Origin: an uncultured virus (IMG/VR IMGVR_UViG_3300030085_002155)
Lineage: Duplodnaviria > Heunggongvirae > Uroviricota > Caudoviricetes
Strand: one strand, 5' to 3'
Virus record (IMG/VR): IMGVR_UViG_3300030085_002155
Length of the DNA: 20,000 bases
Shown: piece by piece, positions 1-8,624 of the stretch
How the letters are laid out: the number at the start of each line of letters is the position of its first letter
Position numbering within the stretch: position 1 is the stretch's first letter
Translations under genes and position numbers: made by a program
Notes under the pieces: generated by a model
The model's database searches: none
Told to the model about the DNA's origin: nothing
What the model saw: only the letters and a program-made list of their open reading frames with translations

Positions 1-253
1 GATCAATATAAAAAATCTACACAATGTCATTTTCGCTTCTCCAAGTAAATCCAGAGTGAGAAATCTCCAAAGCATAGGTAGGGTACTAAGAAAAGGAGAC
101 AACAAAAAGGAAGCAACTCTGTTTGATATTGGTGACGACACAACTTACAAGTCAAGAAAGAACTACACTCTAAATCATTTGATAGAAAGAATCAAGATTT
201 ATAATGAAGAGAAGTTTAATTATGACATAATCACCGTCAAATTAAAAACATGA
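1..253 (+). CDS. uvsW: UvsW RNA-DNA/DNA helicase, C-terminal part (5'-truncated by window)
   Basis: Frame is open from base 2: INIKNLHNVIFASPSKSRVRNLQSIGRVLRK...LFDIGDD...NYTLNH..ERIKIY. This includes SF2 helicase motif VI (QSIGRVLR) as in T4-like UvsW. The ORF-track start at 56 is internal. Confidence 0.93.
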   Translation, partial: INIKNLHNVIFASPSKSRVRNLQSIGRVLRKGDNKKEATLFDIGDDTTYKSRKNYTLNHLIERIKIYNEEKFNYDIITVKLKT

Positions 254-687
254 TAGAAGACGACTTTTATGCACACATCAAATTAATAACCGGGGAAGAA
301 CTGTTTGCAAGGGTTTCTGCTTCCGAAGAAGAGGATAGAACCATGCTGTTACTTTCCAATCCAGTGACACTAAACGAGATTAGAGCACCTGGTACAGAAG
401 TCCCTATGGGATATAGATTAGAACCTTGGATTAAATTTGGTGAAGAAGATCTTTATATGATAACCATGGATAGAGTCATAACGATGTCTGAGTCAAAAGA
501 CGCTGAGTGCATCGGTATGTACGAACAATTTGTTCATAAAAATCATGAGAAGATTAAAAGAAAAAATATGGGCAACAATCCAAAAATGTCCAGAGAAATG
601 GGTTATGTTGGTTCAGTAAAAGCAGCTAGAAAACATCTAGAAAAGATGTTCAAGTTAAAGTATTCTAAGAATACTGAAGAAAGCTAA
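250..687 (+). CDS. Conserved T4-like cyanophage hypothetical protein, putative Sm-like fold (paralog 1)
   Basis: ATGA overlap with the uvsW stop. Pattern IKLITGEELFA...NPV...EPW...DRVITMSE...MY is shared with ORFs at 12793, 16546 and 16847. The fold call is inference. Confidence 0.8.
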   Translation: MIEDDFYAHIKLITGEELFARVSASEEEDRTMLLLSNPVTLNEIRAPGTEVPMGYRLEPWIKFGEEDLYMITMDRVITMSESKDAECIGMYEQFVHKNHEKIKRKNMGNNPKMSREMGYVGSVKAARKHLEKMFKLKYSKNTEES

Positions 688-714
688 TAGCTTCTCTTGA
701 ACCTCCACAAAGGT

Positions 715-743
715 ATTTTACTCATGAAACAACAACTTGTCAA
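715..743 (-). promoter_or_regulatory. sigma70-type promoter pointing antisense into the 250-687 gene and uvsW
   Basis: Minus strand reads TTGACA (743-738), 17 bp, TAAAAT (720-715). Confidence 0.6.
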
Positions 744-765
744 CTATTTGTCTTTTTGTTATAAT
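737..765 (+). promoter_or_regulatory. sigma70-type early/middle promoter for gp55-gp47-gp46
   Basis: TTGTCA (737-742), 17 bp, TATAAT (760-765), with extended -10 TG at 757-758. Lies about 25 nt upstream of the gp55 ATG. Confidence 0.85.
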
Positions 766-789
766 GTGATCAAATAAACAGTATTAGTT

Positions 790-1269
790 ATGGTGTATCG
801 CAAGAAAAAATCCGAACACTATGTAAATAACAAGGAGTTTCTCGCTGCCATCATCGAGTACAAACGTCTTGTAGCATTAGCTGATGAGGCTGAGAAACCT
901 AGACCTAGGATTCCAAATTACCTAGGGGATTGCTTTTTGAAGATTGCAACGCACTTATCATATAAACCAAACTTTGTGAACTACATGTTCAAAGATGATA
1001 TGATTTGTGATGGCATTGAAAACTGTGTTCAATATATCAACAACTTTAATCCAGAGAAGTCTTCCAATCCATTTGCATATTTTACTCAAATCGTTCACTA
1101 TGCTTTTCTGAGGCGTATTCAGAAAGAGAAGAAGCAACTGGAGATCAAAGAGAAAATTATTGAGAAGACTGGTTTTGAAAACGTCTTTGTCTCTGATGGG
1201 GAGTTGACAATTGACCAGATGTCTGAGTACAATACCATCAAGGATAATGTTCGGTCTAGACTGAGATGA
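790..1269 (+). CDS. gp55: gp55 sigma factor for late transcription
   Basis: HYVNNKEFL, IPNYLGDCFLKIATHLSYKPNFVNYMFKDDMICDGIENC, NPFAYFTQI..YAFLRRIQKEKKQ are characteristic gp55 motifs. Position before gp47 fits. Confidence 0.96.
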   Translation: MVYRKKKSEHYVNNKEFLAAIIEYKRLVALADEAEKPRPRIPNYLGDCFLKIATHLSYKPNFVNYMFKDDMICDGIENCVQYINNFNPEKSSNPFAYFTQIVHYAFLRRIQKEKKQLEIKEKIIEKTGFENVFVSDGELTIDQMSEYNTIKDNVRSRLR

Positions 1270-2321
1270 AGATTGCGATTATTACAGACCAACATTTTGG
1301 TGCTCGCAAAAACTCAAAACTATTTCACGATTACTTTCTAGAATTTTACGATAAGATCTTCTTTCCCAAGTTGGAGGAGTTAGGTATCACTTGTGTTATC
1401 GACATGGGTGATACCTTTGATAATAGAACCGGTATTAATTTCTCTGCCTTGTCTTGGGCAAAGAGTAATTACTATGACAGGTTGCAAAAGATGGGTGTAA
1501 CTGTGTGGACATTGGTTGGAAACCACACTGCATACTATAAAAATACTAACTCAATCAACGCTGTAGATCTTTTGCTTCGGGAATATGATAATGTTCGGGT
1601 AGTTTCCGAGTACAAGGAAGTTTGTATTGATGGGTTGAATATCTCTTTCATTCCTTGGATCAACTCTGAGAATGAGGACGTAACTTATTCTAGTATCAAA
1701 AAATCAAAGTCTACTGTGGCTATGGGTCACTTAGAACTCAAAGGGTTTGCAGCTAATAAACAATGCATCATGGATCATGGTGCTGATAAATCCATCTATA
1801 AAAATTTTACCAAAGTATTCTCTGGTCATTATCACACCAGGAGTGTGCAGGATAATGTATTTTATTTGGGCAACCCATATGAAATTTATTGGAATGATGT
1901 TGATGATGTCAGGGGATTTCATATCTTTGATACAAATACTTTAAAAACAACTCCAATCAATAATCCGTACAAAATCTTTCACAAAGTTTACTATGAGGAT
2001 ACTCCTTATCAGTTGTTCGATACTTCTCCATACGAGGACAAAATCGTAAAGGTTATTGTAAAGAAGAAGAGCGATCCAAAAAACTTTGAAAGATTCGTAG
2101 ACAAGTTCTACACTTCTAATGTTTCTGATTTGAAAATTGTTGAGAATTTTGATTTCAATGGATGGTACAGTGGCAACTCTGATCAAGAACTAGTTGAGTC
2201 TGAAAATACTCTTTCTATCTTGCATAGATATATTGACGACTCTGATACTACAATTGATAAGTCTCAGATCAAAGATCTCATTGGAGAGGTTTACAAAGAA
2301 GCTTGTGAGGTGGTAGACTAG
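1266..2321 (+). CDS. gp47: gp47 recombination endonuclease subunit (Mre11/SbcD-like)
   Basis: Metallophosphoesterase motifs ITDQHFG, MGDTFD, VGNH, GHLE, SGHYH. Upstream of gp46. Confidence 0.96.
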   Translation: MKIAIITDQHFGARKNSKLFHDYFLEFYDKIFFPKLEELGITCVIDMGDTFDNRTGINFSALSWAKSNYYDRLQKMGVTVWTLVGNHTAYYKNTNSINAVDLLLREYDNVRVVSEYKEVCIDGLNISFIPWINSENEDVTYSSIKKSKSTVAMGHLELKGFAANKQCIMDHGADKSIYKNFTKVFSGHYHTRSVQDNVFYLGNPYEIYWNDVDDVRGFHIFDTNTLKTTPINNPYKIFHKVYYEDTPYQLFDTSPYEDKIVKVIVKKKSDPKNFERFVDKFYTSNVSDLKIVENFDFNGWYSGNSDQELVESENTLSILHRYIDDSDTTIDKSQIKDLIGEVYKEACEVVD

Positions 2322-2322
2322 A

Positions 2323-2616
2323 ATGGCACAACAGATGTACATCTTAAGTTTGGCCGTAGACGGCGAAGAGGATGAAAACACTGGTGCCTATTCTGTTGTA
2401 GATGATCTTGGTAACGAAACCATCTTTCTTTTTGAAGAAGATGAAGACGCTGAACGATATTCTTCTCAACTTGAAGAACTGGATCACCCAAAACTAAAAG
2501 TAATTGAAGTTGATGGTGACCTAGTAAAAAAGGTATGTGAATTTCATGACTACAATTATGTGGTCATTTCCTCTGACGACATCATAACCCCACCTAAATT
2601 TTATGATCACGTTTAA
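2323..2616 (+). CDS. Small acidic protein, DUF3110-like
   Basis: GAYSV...IFLFEEDEDAERYSSQLEELDHP...VIEVD...VCE...Y matches my recollection of the cyanobacterial DUF3110 pattern. Fills the gp47-gp46 gap. Confidence 0.65.
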   Translation: MAQQMYILSLAVDGEEDENTGAYSVVDDLGNETIFLFEEDEDAERYSSQLEELDHPKLKVIEVDGDLVKKVCEFHDYNYVVISSDDIITPPKFYDHV

Positions 2617-4315
2617 AACGATTAGTTGGAAAAATTTTCTTTCAACAGGAGATCATCCAACAGAAATTAAACTAGACGCTAATCAAACTACTTTGATTGT
2701 GGGCACTAATGGTGCCGGTAAGAGTACGGTTCTTGACGCCCTTACTTTTGCTTTGTTTGGCAAACCGTTTCGTAAAATTAATAAACCCCAACTTGTTAAT
2801 ACTACTAATGAGAAGGATTGTGTTGTTGAAGTATATTTCTCCGTCAATAATGTTGAGTGGAAAATTAAAAGAGGAATCAAACCAAATATTTTCATCATCG
2901 AAAAAAATGGTGTAGTTCAGGATCAAGAGGCCTCTGCTGTTGAACAACAAAAGTGGTTGGAACAAAATGTTCTGAAGATGAACTATAAGTCCTTCACTCA
3001 GATTGTGATTCTGGGCAGTAGCACCTTTGTTCCTTTCATGCAACTGTCCTCTAATAATAGGAGAGAAGTTATTGAGGATCTTTTGGATATTAAGATCTTC
3101 TCCTCGATGAATGATGTAATCAAAGTCAAACTGCGAAAGTGTAAGGAAGATATACACTTGCTTGAATTGAAGAAGGATTCTCTGAAAGAGAAAGTCAAGA
3201 TGCAAACACACTTCATTGATGAAGTAGAGTCTCAGAGTCATGAGACAATCAATAGTAAGAATGAGGAGATAACGAAATTATCTGAAACTGCCAATGAACT
3301 TTGTATTGATAATGTAAAGAAGGCTGAGTCTCTAGATGACCTACAAAAAGTTTTGACTTCCTATGAAGGCACGTCAAAAAAATTAAAGGAACTTGGAACT
3401 CTAAAGGGAAAAATCTCGCAGAAGGTATCCACAATTACTAAAGAACATAAGTTCTTTACGGAGAATACGGTTTGTCCCACCTGTACACAGGAAATAGAGG
3501 AAGAGTTTCGTGTAAATAGAATTAGTGACGTTCAATCTAGAGCTAAGGAGTTGCAATCCGGATACAATGAACTTGTATCGGCAATTAAAAAGGAAGAAGA
3601 ACGAGAACGTCAATTCACCGATCTATCGAAGGAGGTTATTGACCTAACACATGGCATTTCTCAAAACAATACTAGGATTTCTGGATACCAACGACAAATC
3701 CAAAATCTGGAGTCGGAAATACAAAGAATTACCGATCAGCTTGCAAACAGAAATTCTGAACATGAGAAATTAAATTCATTTAAAGACAACCTATGTAAAA
3801 CTTTTAATCAGTTATCTGAACACAAAGAGGGCCAATCAAAGTATGAGTTCGTTTATAGTCTTCTGAAAGACGGGGGAGTAAAGACAAGCATCATTAAGAA
3901 ATACTTACCACTCATCAACCAATCGGTTAATAAGTATCTTCAGATGATGGATTTCTACATTAACTTCACTCTTGACGAAGAGTTTAACGAAACAGTTCAA
4001 TCTCCTATCCACGAAGATTTTTCATACTCCTCCTTTTCGGAAGGAGAAAAAATGAGAATTGATTTGGCTCTCTTGTTTACTTGGAGAGAAGTTGCTAGAT
4101 TCAAGAACTCCGTAAACACGAATCTTTTGATTATGGATGAAGTCTTTGACAGTTCATTGGATGGACTTGGAACAGAAGAGTTTTTGAAGATCATCAGATT
4201 CGTTATTAAAGACGCAAACATTTTTGTCATATCTCACAAAGAAAGTTTGCTAGATAAATTTGAACAGACAATCAAATTTGATAAGGTGAAAGGTTTTAGT
4301 AGTATGGTGCCATGA
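2603..4315 (+). CDS. gp46: gp46 recombination endonuclease subunit (Rad50/SbcC-like ATPase)
   Basis: Walker A GTNGAGKS, Q-loop FTQIV, long coiled coil with CPTC zinc hook, signature FSEGE, Walker B LLIMDEVFD, H-loop ISH. Confidence 0.97.
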   Translation: MITFKTISWKNFLSTGDHPTEIKLDANQTTLIVGTNGAGKSTVLDALTFALFGKPFRKINKPQLVNTTNEKDCVVEVYFSVNNVEWKIKRGIKPNIFIIEKNGVVQDQEASAVEQQKWLEQNVLKMNYKSFTQIVILGSSTFVPFMQLSSNNRREVIEDLLDIKIFSSMNDVIKVKLRKCKEDIHLLELKKDSLKEKVKMQTHFIDEVESQSHETINSKNEEITKLSETANELCIDNVKKAESLDDLQKVLTSYEGTSKKLKELGTLKGKISQKVSTITKEHKFFTENTVCPTCTQEIEEEFRVNRISDVQSRAKELQSGYNELVSAIKKEEERERQFTDLSKEVIDLTHGISQNNTRISGYQRQIQNLESEIQRITDQLANRNSEHEKLNSFKDNLCKTFNQLSEHKEGQSKYEFVYSLLKDGGVKTSIIKKYLPLINQSVNKYLQMMDFYINFTLDEEFNETVQSPIHEDFSYSSFSEGEKMRIDLALLFTWREVARFKNSVNTNLLIMDEVFDSSLDGLGTEEFLKIIRFVIKDANIFVISHKESLLDKFEQTIKFDKVKGFSSMVP

Positions 4316-5034
4316 GAGTTTTAGTTACGGGTCACAAAGGTTTTATCGGTCGCAATGTTTTTCTTGATTGGCAAGAAACTCTTGGGTACGTCAATGTAGA
4401 TGGTATTGATAGGCCGGATGATATTGCAGATTTCAAAGGTGGAGATTATGATCTTGTCATTCACCTAGCGGCATATGCCGACATTAGGGAAAGTTTGAAA
4501 AATCCACAACTCTACTATGAAAACAATGTAGTGAAGACGAAGAAGTTGTTTGATTGGTGTAGAGAAACTAACACTAGACTTCTGTATGCGTCTTCTAGTG
4601 CAGTAGAAGAGGATTATTGGGAGAATCCATATGCGATGACAAAGTGGATCAATGAAATCATGGCACCACCTAATTCGGTTGGTATGAGATTCACCACAGT
4701 CTATGGTCCCGACAGTCGTCCCAACATGATGTATCGAATGCTTGAGGACAAGACCGCAACATATGTGACCAATCACAAACGCGATTGGATTCATGTCAAA
4801 GATGTGTGTCGCGCTATTCATTATTTGGCATCTTCACATATTACTGGACCTGTTACAATTGGAACTGGTAAATCCACCTCCGTAAAAGAACTTGCCAAGT
4901 CCATGGGTATGGAACACCTTCCCACTAGAGAGGATACTCCAGGAGAAAGAATGGATAATCAAGCGGATGTGACTCTTTTAAAAAGTATTGGGTGGTTCCC
5001 CACCATTGATGTTCTAGATCAAACCAATTCATAA
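4312..5034 (+). CDS. NAD-dependent epimerase/dehydratase (extended SDR, nucleotide-sugar epimerase)
   Basis: VLVTGHKGFIG Rossmann motif, VIHLAA, YASSS, catalytic YAMTK (YxxxK), RFTTVYGP, RDWIHVKDV. Confidence 0.9.
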   Translation: MRVLVTGHKGFIGRNVFLDWQETLGYVNVDGIDRPDDIADFKGGDYDLVIHLAAYADIRESLKNPQLYYENNVVKTKKLFDWCRETNTRLLYASSSAVEEDYWENPYAMTKWINEIMAPPNSVGMRFTTVYGPDSRPNMMYRMLEDKTATYVTNHKRDWIHVKDVCRAIHYLASSHITGPVTIGTGKSTSVKELAKSMGMEHLPTREDTPGERMDNQADVTLLKSIGWFPTIDVLDQTNS

Positions 5035-5078
5035 ACCGTCCACTAGAGACCTCCGGCAGCCGTCGGGGGTCTTATTAT
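5022..5078 (+). promoter_or_regulatory. Putative phage early promoter, copy 1 (upstream motif + N29 + -10 box)
   Basis: AACCAATTCATAAACCGTCCAC (5022-5043), 29 nt, TATTAT (5073-5078). Same motif and spacing as 7479-7535. Confidence 0.65.
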
Positions 5079-5082
5079 GTTT
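5047..5082 (+). terminator. GC-rich hairpin after the epimerase gene; possible intrinsic terminator nested in the promoter spacer
   Basis: Stem AGACCTCCGGC (5047-5057), loop AGCC, GTCGGGGGTCT (5062-5072): 11 bp with two G-U pairs. Followed by TATTATGTTT, a weak U-tract. Confidence 0.5.
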
Positions 5083-5102
5083 GTATACCGACGAGTTGAT
5101 CT

Positions 5103-7274
5103 ATGTCTAACCACGAAGTCAAAGGGACTCTCGCCCGACTGATGGCCACGGAAAATCTAATTGTGGAAACCAAGAACGTCAGCACCGCTTCCTTTGATGT
5201 GGTCAGTCGTATCTTGACCCTGCCTAACTGGGAGAAGGCGAATAACGTTGTATATGATCTGTTGGTTGGTCATGAGGTCGGACACGCCCTCTACACGCCT
5301 GAGGCGGATCTCCGCAACTGTCGTGATATTAATCCATCATTCATCAATGTTGTTGAAGATGTTCGCATTGAAAAACTGATGAAACGCAAGTTCCCTGGCT
5401 TGCGAAAGACGTTTTACAATGGATACCAACAGTTTCATGAAAATGACTTTTTTGAACTCGATGGCAAGTCTGTTGATAATATGAGTCTAGTTGATCGTAT
5501 CAACATTCATTTTAAAATTGGCAATTTTATTGATGTAAAATTTTCTGAGGATGAAAAATCAATCGTCAAAGGTGTTGAATCTGTCGAAACGTTTGAAGAC
5601 GTTGTTCACTGGTCCAAAATTCTCTGGGATTACTGTCAAAATGCAAGACATCAAGAAAAAATTAAAGAAGGAGGTGAACAGCCTACGAACCAAGACGAAG
5701 AATCTTCATCCGATTCTGAGAATCCTAGTCCTTCTATTCCTGATTCCACTGGTGGTTCTAGTGATCCCTCCACTCCTAGTAGCGACGACAGCACTCCTGG
5801 TGATCCTGGTGAAGGCGATCTGGGTGATGATGACCTTCCTAGTATGGATGGTGGTGGGGTGGATTCTGGTCACCCTGATATCGATTCTGTTCTGACTCAG
5901 GACAATCTTGATAAGGCTCTAGAGTCTTTAAACTCCAGGCACGGTTTGGAGTCTAGTTATGTCGAAGTTCCAAAAATGAACCTTGACAAAATTATTGTGT
6001 CTAATAATGAGTGTTCTAATCAAATCAAACTTCATTTTGATACGCAGGAAAAACTTGCTCCTGGGTGTTATGAAGCCGTGGACATGGAATACTCCAAGTT
6101 CAAAAAATCAACCCAGAAAGAAGTTTCGTATCTTGTCAAAGAGTTTGAATGCAAAAAATCTGCTGATAGTTATCGCAGAACTCTCACTGCCAGAACTGGA
6201 TCTCTAGACACCACGAAACTTCACACATATAAATTCAATGAAGATATTTTCAAGAAAATTTCTGTGGTTCCTGACGGCAAAAACCATGGACTGATCTTTG
6301 TTCTTGATTGGTCTGGTTCTATGGGCCGAGTTCTTCATGACACTGTATGTCAACTAATCACTCTGGTTTGGTTCTGTAAGAGAGTTGGCATTCCCTTTGA
6401 CGTATATCTTTTCACTAATGACTGGACTCAATGTAGAGTTCAACATGATAATTATGAACCAGAACATTATGATCAGGTAGAGAATGCTTTTCATATTCCC
6501 AAGTATTTCTCTATGGTGAATATTTTGACCAGTAAAGTTCGGTCCTCTGAACTTGATAGTCAAATCAAGAATCTGTACAGGATTTCTTATTATTACGGTT
6601 CATCGTATGGAGTCTCATATCAAATTCCTGATCAAGCAGGACTTTCTGGAACGCCTCTGAACGAGGCTGTCATTAGTCTGAATCAAATTATTCCAGAGTT
6701 TCAGAAGAAGAATGGTGTTCAAAAAGTAAACTGTGTTATCTTGACTGACGGTGAGGCCTGTTCTTCTAAGAAATGTAAGACAGTCACACGCCGCAGTCGA
6801 TTTGATCTCAATGATGCATATACCACGATGATACATGCTAGTATTCCCGGTGGTTCTTATATTCGTGATCGTCAGACAGGACATACACACTCTACTGAAG
6901 GTCTTTCCTACTTTGGAGATATCACTGCAGCGTGTTTGCGGCAACTTAAGACTAGATTTGGAAATAGTAATTTTATCGGTATCCGTCTCATCTCTGGTTC
7001 ATCTGAACTTTCTTCTTTCTTGAATCGACATGTTGAATATCCTAAGAGTATTGAATGCCGTAAGATCTGGAAAAAAGAAAAATCTTTCTCTATAAAGACT
7101 GATACTTATGATCGATGCATCGCAATCTCAACCACTACTCTTCGGAATGATTCGACTTTTTATGTGAATCCAGATGCATCTAAGGCACAGATCAAAAGTG
7201 CTTTCAAGAAATCTCTCAACAGTAAGAAACTAAATAAAAAAGTATTGACCGATTTTATTGAAGTAATTTCATGA
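5103..7274 (+). CDS. CobT-like protein: N-terminal HExxH metallopeptidase-like domain, acidic linker, C-terminal vWA (MIDAS) domain
   Basis: HEVGH followed by NVVEDVRIE. D/S/G/P-rich linker at about aa 190-262. MIDAS elements VLDWSGSM, SGTPLNE and ILTDGE. Confidence 0.85.
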   Translation: MSNHEVKGTLARLMATENLIVETKNVSTASFDVVSRILTLPNWEKANNVVYDLLVGHEVGHALYTPEADLRNCRDINPSFINVVEDVRIEKLMKRKFPGLRKTFYNGYQQFHENDFFELDGKSVDNMSLVDRINIHFKIGNFIDVKFSEDEKSIVKGVESVETFEDVVHWSKILWDYCQNARHQEKIKEGGEQPTNQDEESSSDSENPSPSIPDSTGGSSDPSTPSSDDSTPGDPGEGDLGDDDLPSMDGGGVDSGHPDIDSVLTQDNLDKALESLNSRHGLESSYVEVPKMNLDKIIVSNNECSNQIKLHFDTQEKLAPGCYEAVDMEYSKFKKSTQKEVSYLVKEFECKKSADSYRRTLTARTGSLDTTKLHTYKFNEDIFKKISVVPDGKNHGLIFVLDWSGSMGRVLHDTVCQLITLVWFCKRVGIPFDVYLFTNDWTQCRVQHDNYEPEHYDQVENAFHIPKYFSMVNILTSKVRSSELDSQIKNLYRISYYYGSSYGVSYQIPDQAGLSGTPLNEAVISLNQIIPEFQKKNGVQKVNCVILTDGEACSSKKCKTVTRRSRFDLNDAYTTMIHASIPGGSYIRDRQTGHTHSTEGLSYFGDITAACLRQLKTRFGNSNFIGIRLISGSSELSSFLNRHVEYPKSIECRKIWKKEKSFSIKTDTYDRCIAISTTTLRNDSTFYVNPDASKAQIKSAFKKSLNSKKLNKKVLTDFIEVIS

Positions 7275-7522
7275 AACCATCTGAACTTATTGCTGATTTT
7301 GAAAGACAGATAGAAGATTGTCAGAAGAATATTGGCGCTCTGAATTCGGCTCTTGTTCGAGAGAACCAAAAACTTTTAAAACTTCAGGGCGCTGTAGAAG
7401 GACTTAATATGTTAGAAGATCCTGTGATTACTAAGGGATCTTCTGTAGAACCTTTTAGTGTTGAGAGTCCATATCATCAACCAGTTGAACAACCGACCAC
7501 CACAACGCCCGAAGAAGACTAA
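7271..7522 (+). CDS. Small hypothetical coiled-coil protein
   Basis: ATGA overlap with the vWA gene stop. Heptad-like N-half (LIADFERQIEDCQKNIGALNSALVRENQKLLKLQGAVEGL) and disordered tail. Confidence 0.7.
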   Translation: MKPSELIADFERQIEDCQKNIGALNSALVRENQKLLKLQGAVEGLNMLEDPVITKGSSVEPFSVESPYHQPVEQPTTTTPEED

Positions 7523-7535
7523 GGGGGTCTATAAT
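7479..7535 (+). promoter_or_regulatory. Putative phage early promoter, copy 2 (upstream motif + N29 + -10 box)
   Basis: AACCAGTTGAACAACCGACCAC (7479-7500), 29 nt, TATAAT (7530-7535), about 25 nt before the CobS ATG. Confidence 0.7.
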
Positions 7536-7559
7536 TAATTCAGTTAAACAAAACAACTA

Positions 7560-8624
7560 ATGGGTCTCTCCAAAGACAGCATCGTCAATTCTCTTCAAGA
7601 TCTTTACGGAGAGTCTGTCACCACTGCTGACATCAAAGCCTGGTGTGCGATGAATGATGTCAACTATCAGACTGTTACCAACAAATTGACTGCCTACAAA
7701 GTTAGTCGTGGTAAGTGGAATCTGACGGTGACTGAACAATTGGAACAAACTTATCAGGCGCCTGCTGCATTGCCTGCTGTTGAACAGAACCTTATCCCTC
7801 AAAAAGATGATACCTTCGTCAAGTTTGGCAATTTCAGTGATGTTAAAAAAATTATTCAGTCCGGTGTATTCTACCCTACGTTTATCACGGGTCTCTCGGG
7901 CAATGGTAAAACATTTTCTGTCGAACAAGCGTGTGCCCAACTCGGACGAGAACTCATCCGTGTAAACATTACAATCGAAACCGATGAAGATGACCTTATT
8001 GGTGGTTTCCGCCTTATTGATGGCAACACCGTCTGGCACAATGGCCCAGTCATTGAAGCACTCGAACGAGGAGCTATCTTGCTCCTTGACGAGATCGACC
8101 TTGCCTCTAATAAAATTCTCTGTCTCCAAAGCATCCTTGAAGGAAAGGGAGTTTTCCTTAAAAAAATCGGACGACGAGTTGACCCTGCAAGTGGATTCAA
8201 CGTCATCGCCACTGCCAACACTAAAGGTAAAGGTAGCGACGACGGACGATTCATTGGAACTAACGTGCTCAACGAAGCATTCCTCGAACGATTCCCAGTA
8301 ACTTTTGAACAGGAGTATCCTACTTCTGCTACTGAACAGAAGATCCTTAACAAACTTTGCTCTGATGATGACTTCTGTAAGCGTCTTTCTGACTGGGCTG
8401 ATATCATCCGCAAAACCTTCTACGATGGTGGCGTTGATGAAGTTATCAGTACCCGCCGATTGGTTCATATTGTTCGTGCTTATAATATTTTCAACGACAA
8501 AGCTAAAGCAATTCAAGTTTGTGTGAATCGTTTTGATGACGAAACCAAACAGGCTTTCATCGATCTTTATGATAAGGTTGATGCCGATTTTGTGATGCCC
8601 GTTGACGAAGAGATTGCCGCCTGA
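7560..8624 (+). CDS. cobS: CobS-like / MoxR-family AAA+ ATPase
   Basis: Walker A GLSGNGKT, RVNITIETDEDDLIGG, Walker B LLLDEID, sensor ATANTKG, arginine finger LNEAFLERF, ISTRRL. Typical cyanophage 'CobS'. Confidence 0.92.
   Translation: MGLSKDSIVNSLQDLYGESVTTADIKAWCAMNDVNYQTVTNKLTAYKVSRGKWNLTVTEQLEQTYQAPAALPAVEQNLIPQKDDTFVKFGNFSDVKKIIQSGVFYPTFITGLSGNGKTFSVEQACAQLGRELIRVNITIETDEDDLIGGFRLIDGNTVWHNGPVIEALERGAILLLDEIDLASNKILCLQSILEGKGVFLKKIGRRVDPASGFNVIATANTKGKGSDDGRFIGTNVLNEAFLERFPVTFEQEYPTSATEQKILNKLCSDDDFCKRLSDWADIIRKTFYDGGVDEVISTRRLVHIVRAYNIFNDKAKAIQVCVNRFDDETKQAFIDLYDKVDADFVMPVDEEIAA

Noticed and set aside
56..253. 65-aa stand-alone ORF
   Set aside because: It is the tail of uvsW; the frame is open from the window start.
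5664..5890. Low-complexity GAT/CCT/AGT-rich stretch resembling a repeat array
   Set aside because: It encodes the acidic linker of the vWA protein, with no fixed repeat unit or spacers; not CRISPR-like.
7557..8516. 319-aa minus-strand ORF (and 180-aa ORF 7871-8413) opposite cobS
   Set aside because: Antisense shadows of a well-conserved gene, with no recognisable motifs or ribosome-binding site; consistent with codon bias on the + strand.
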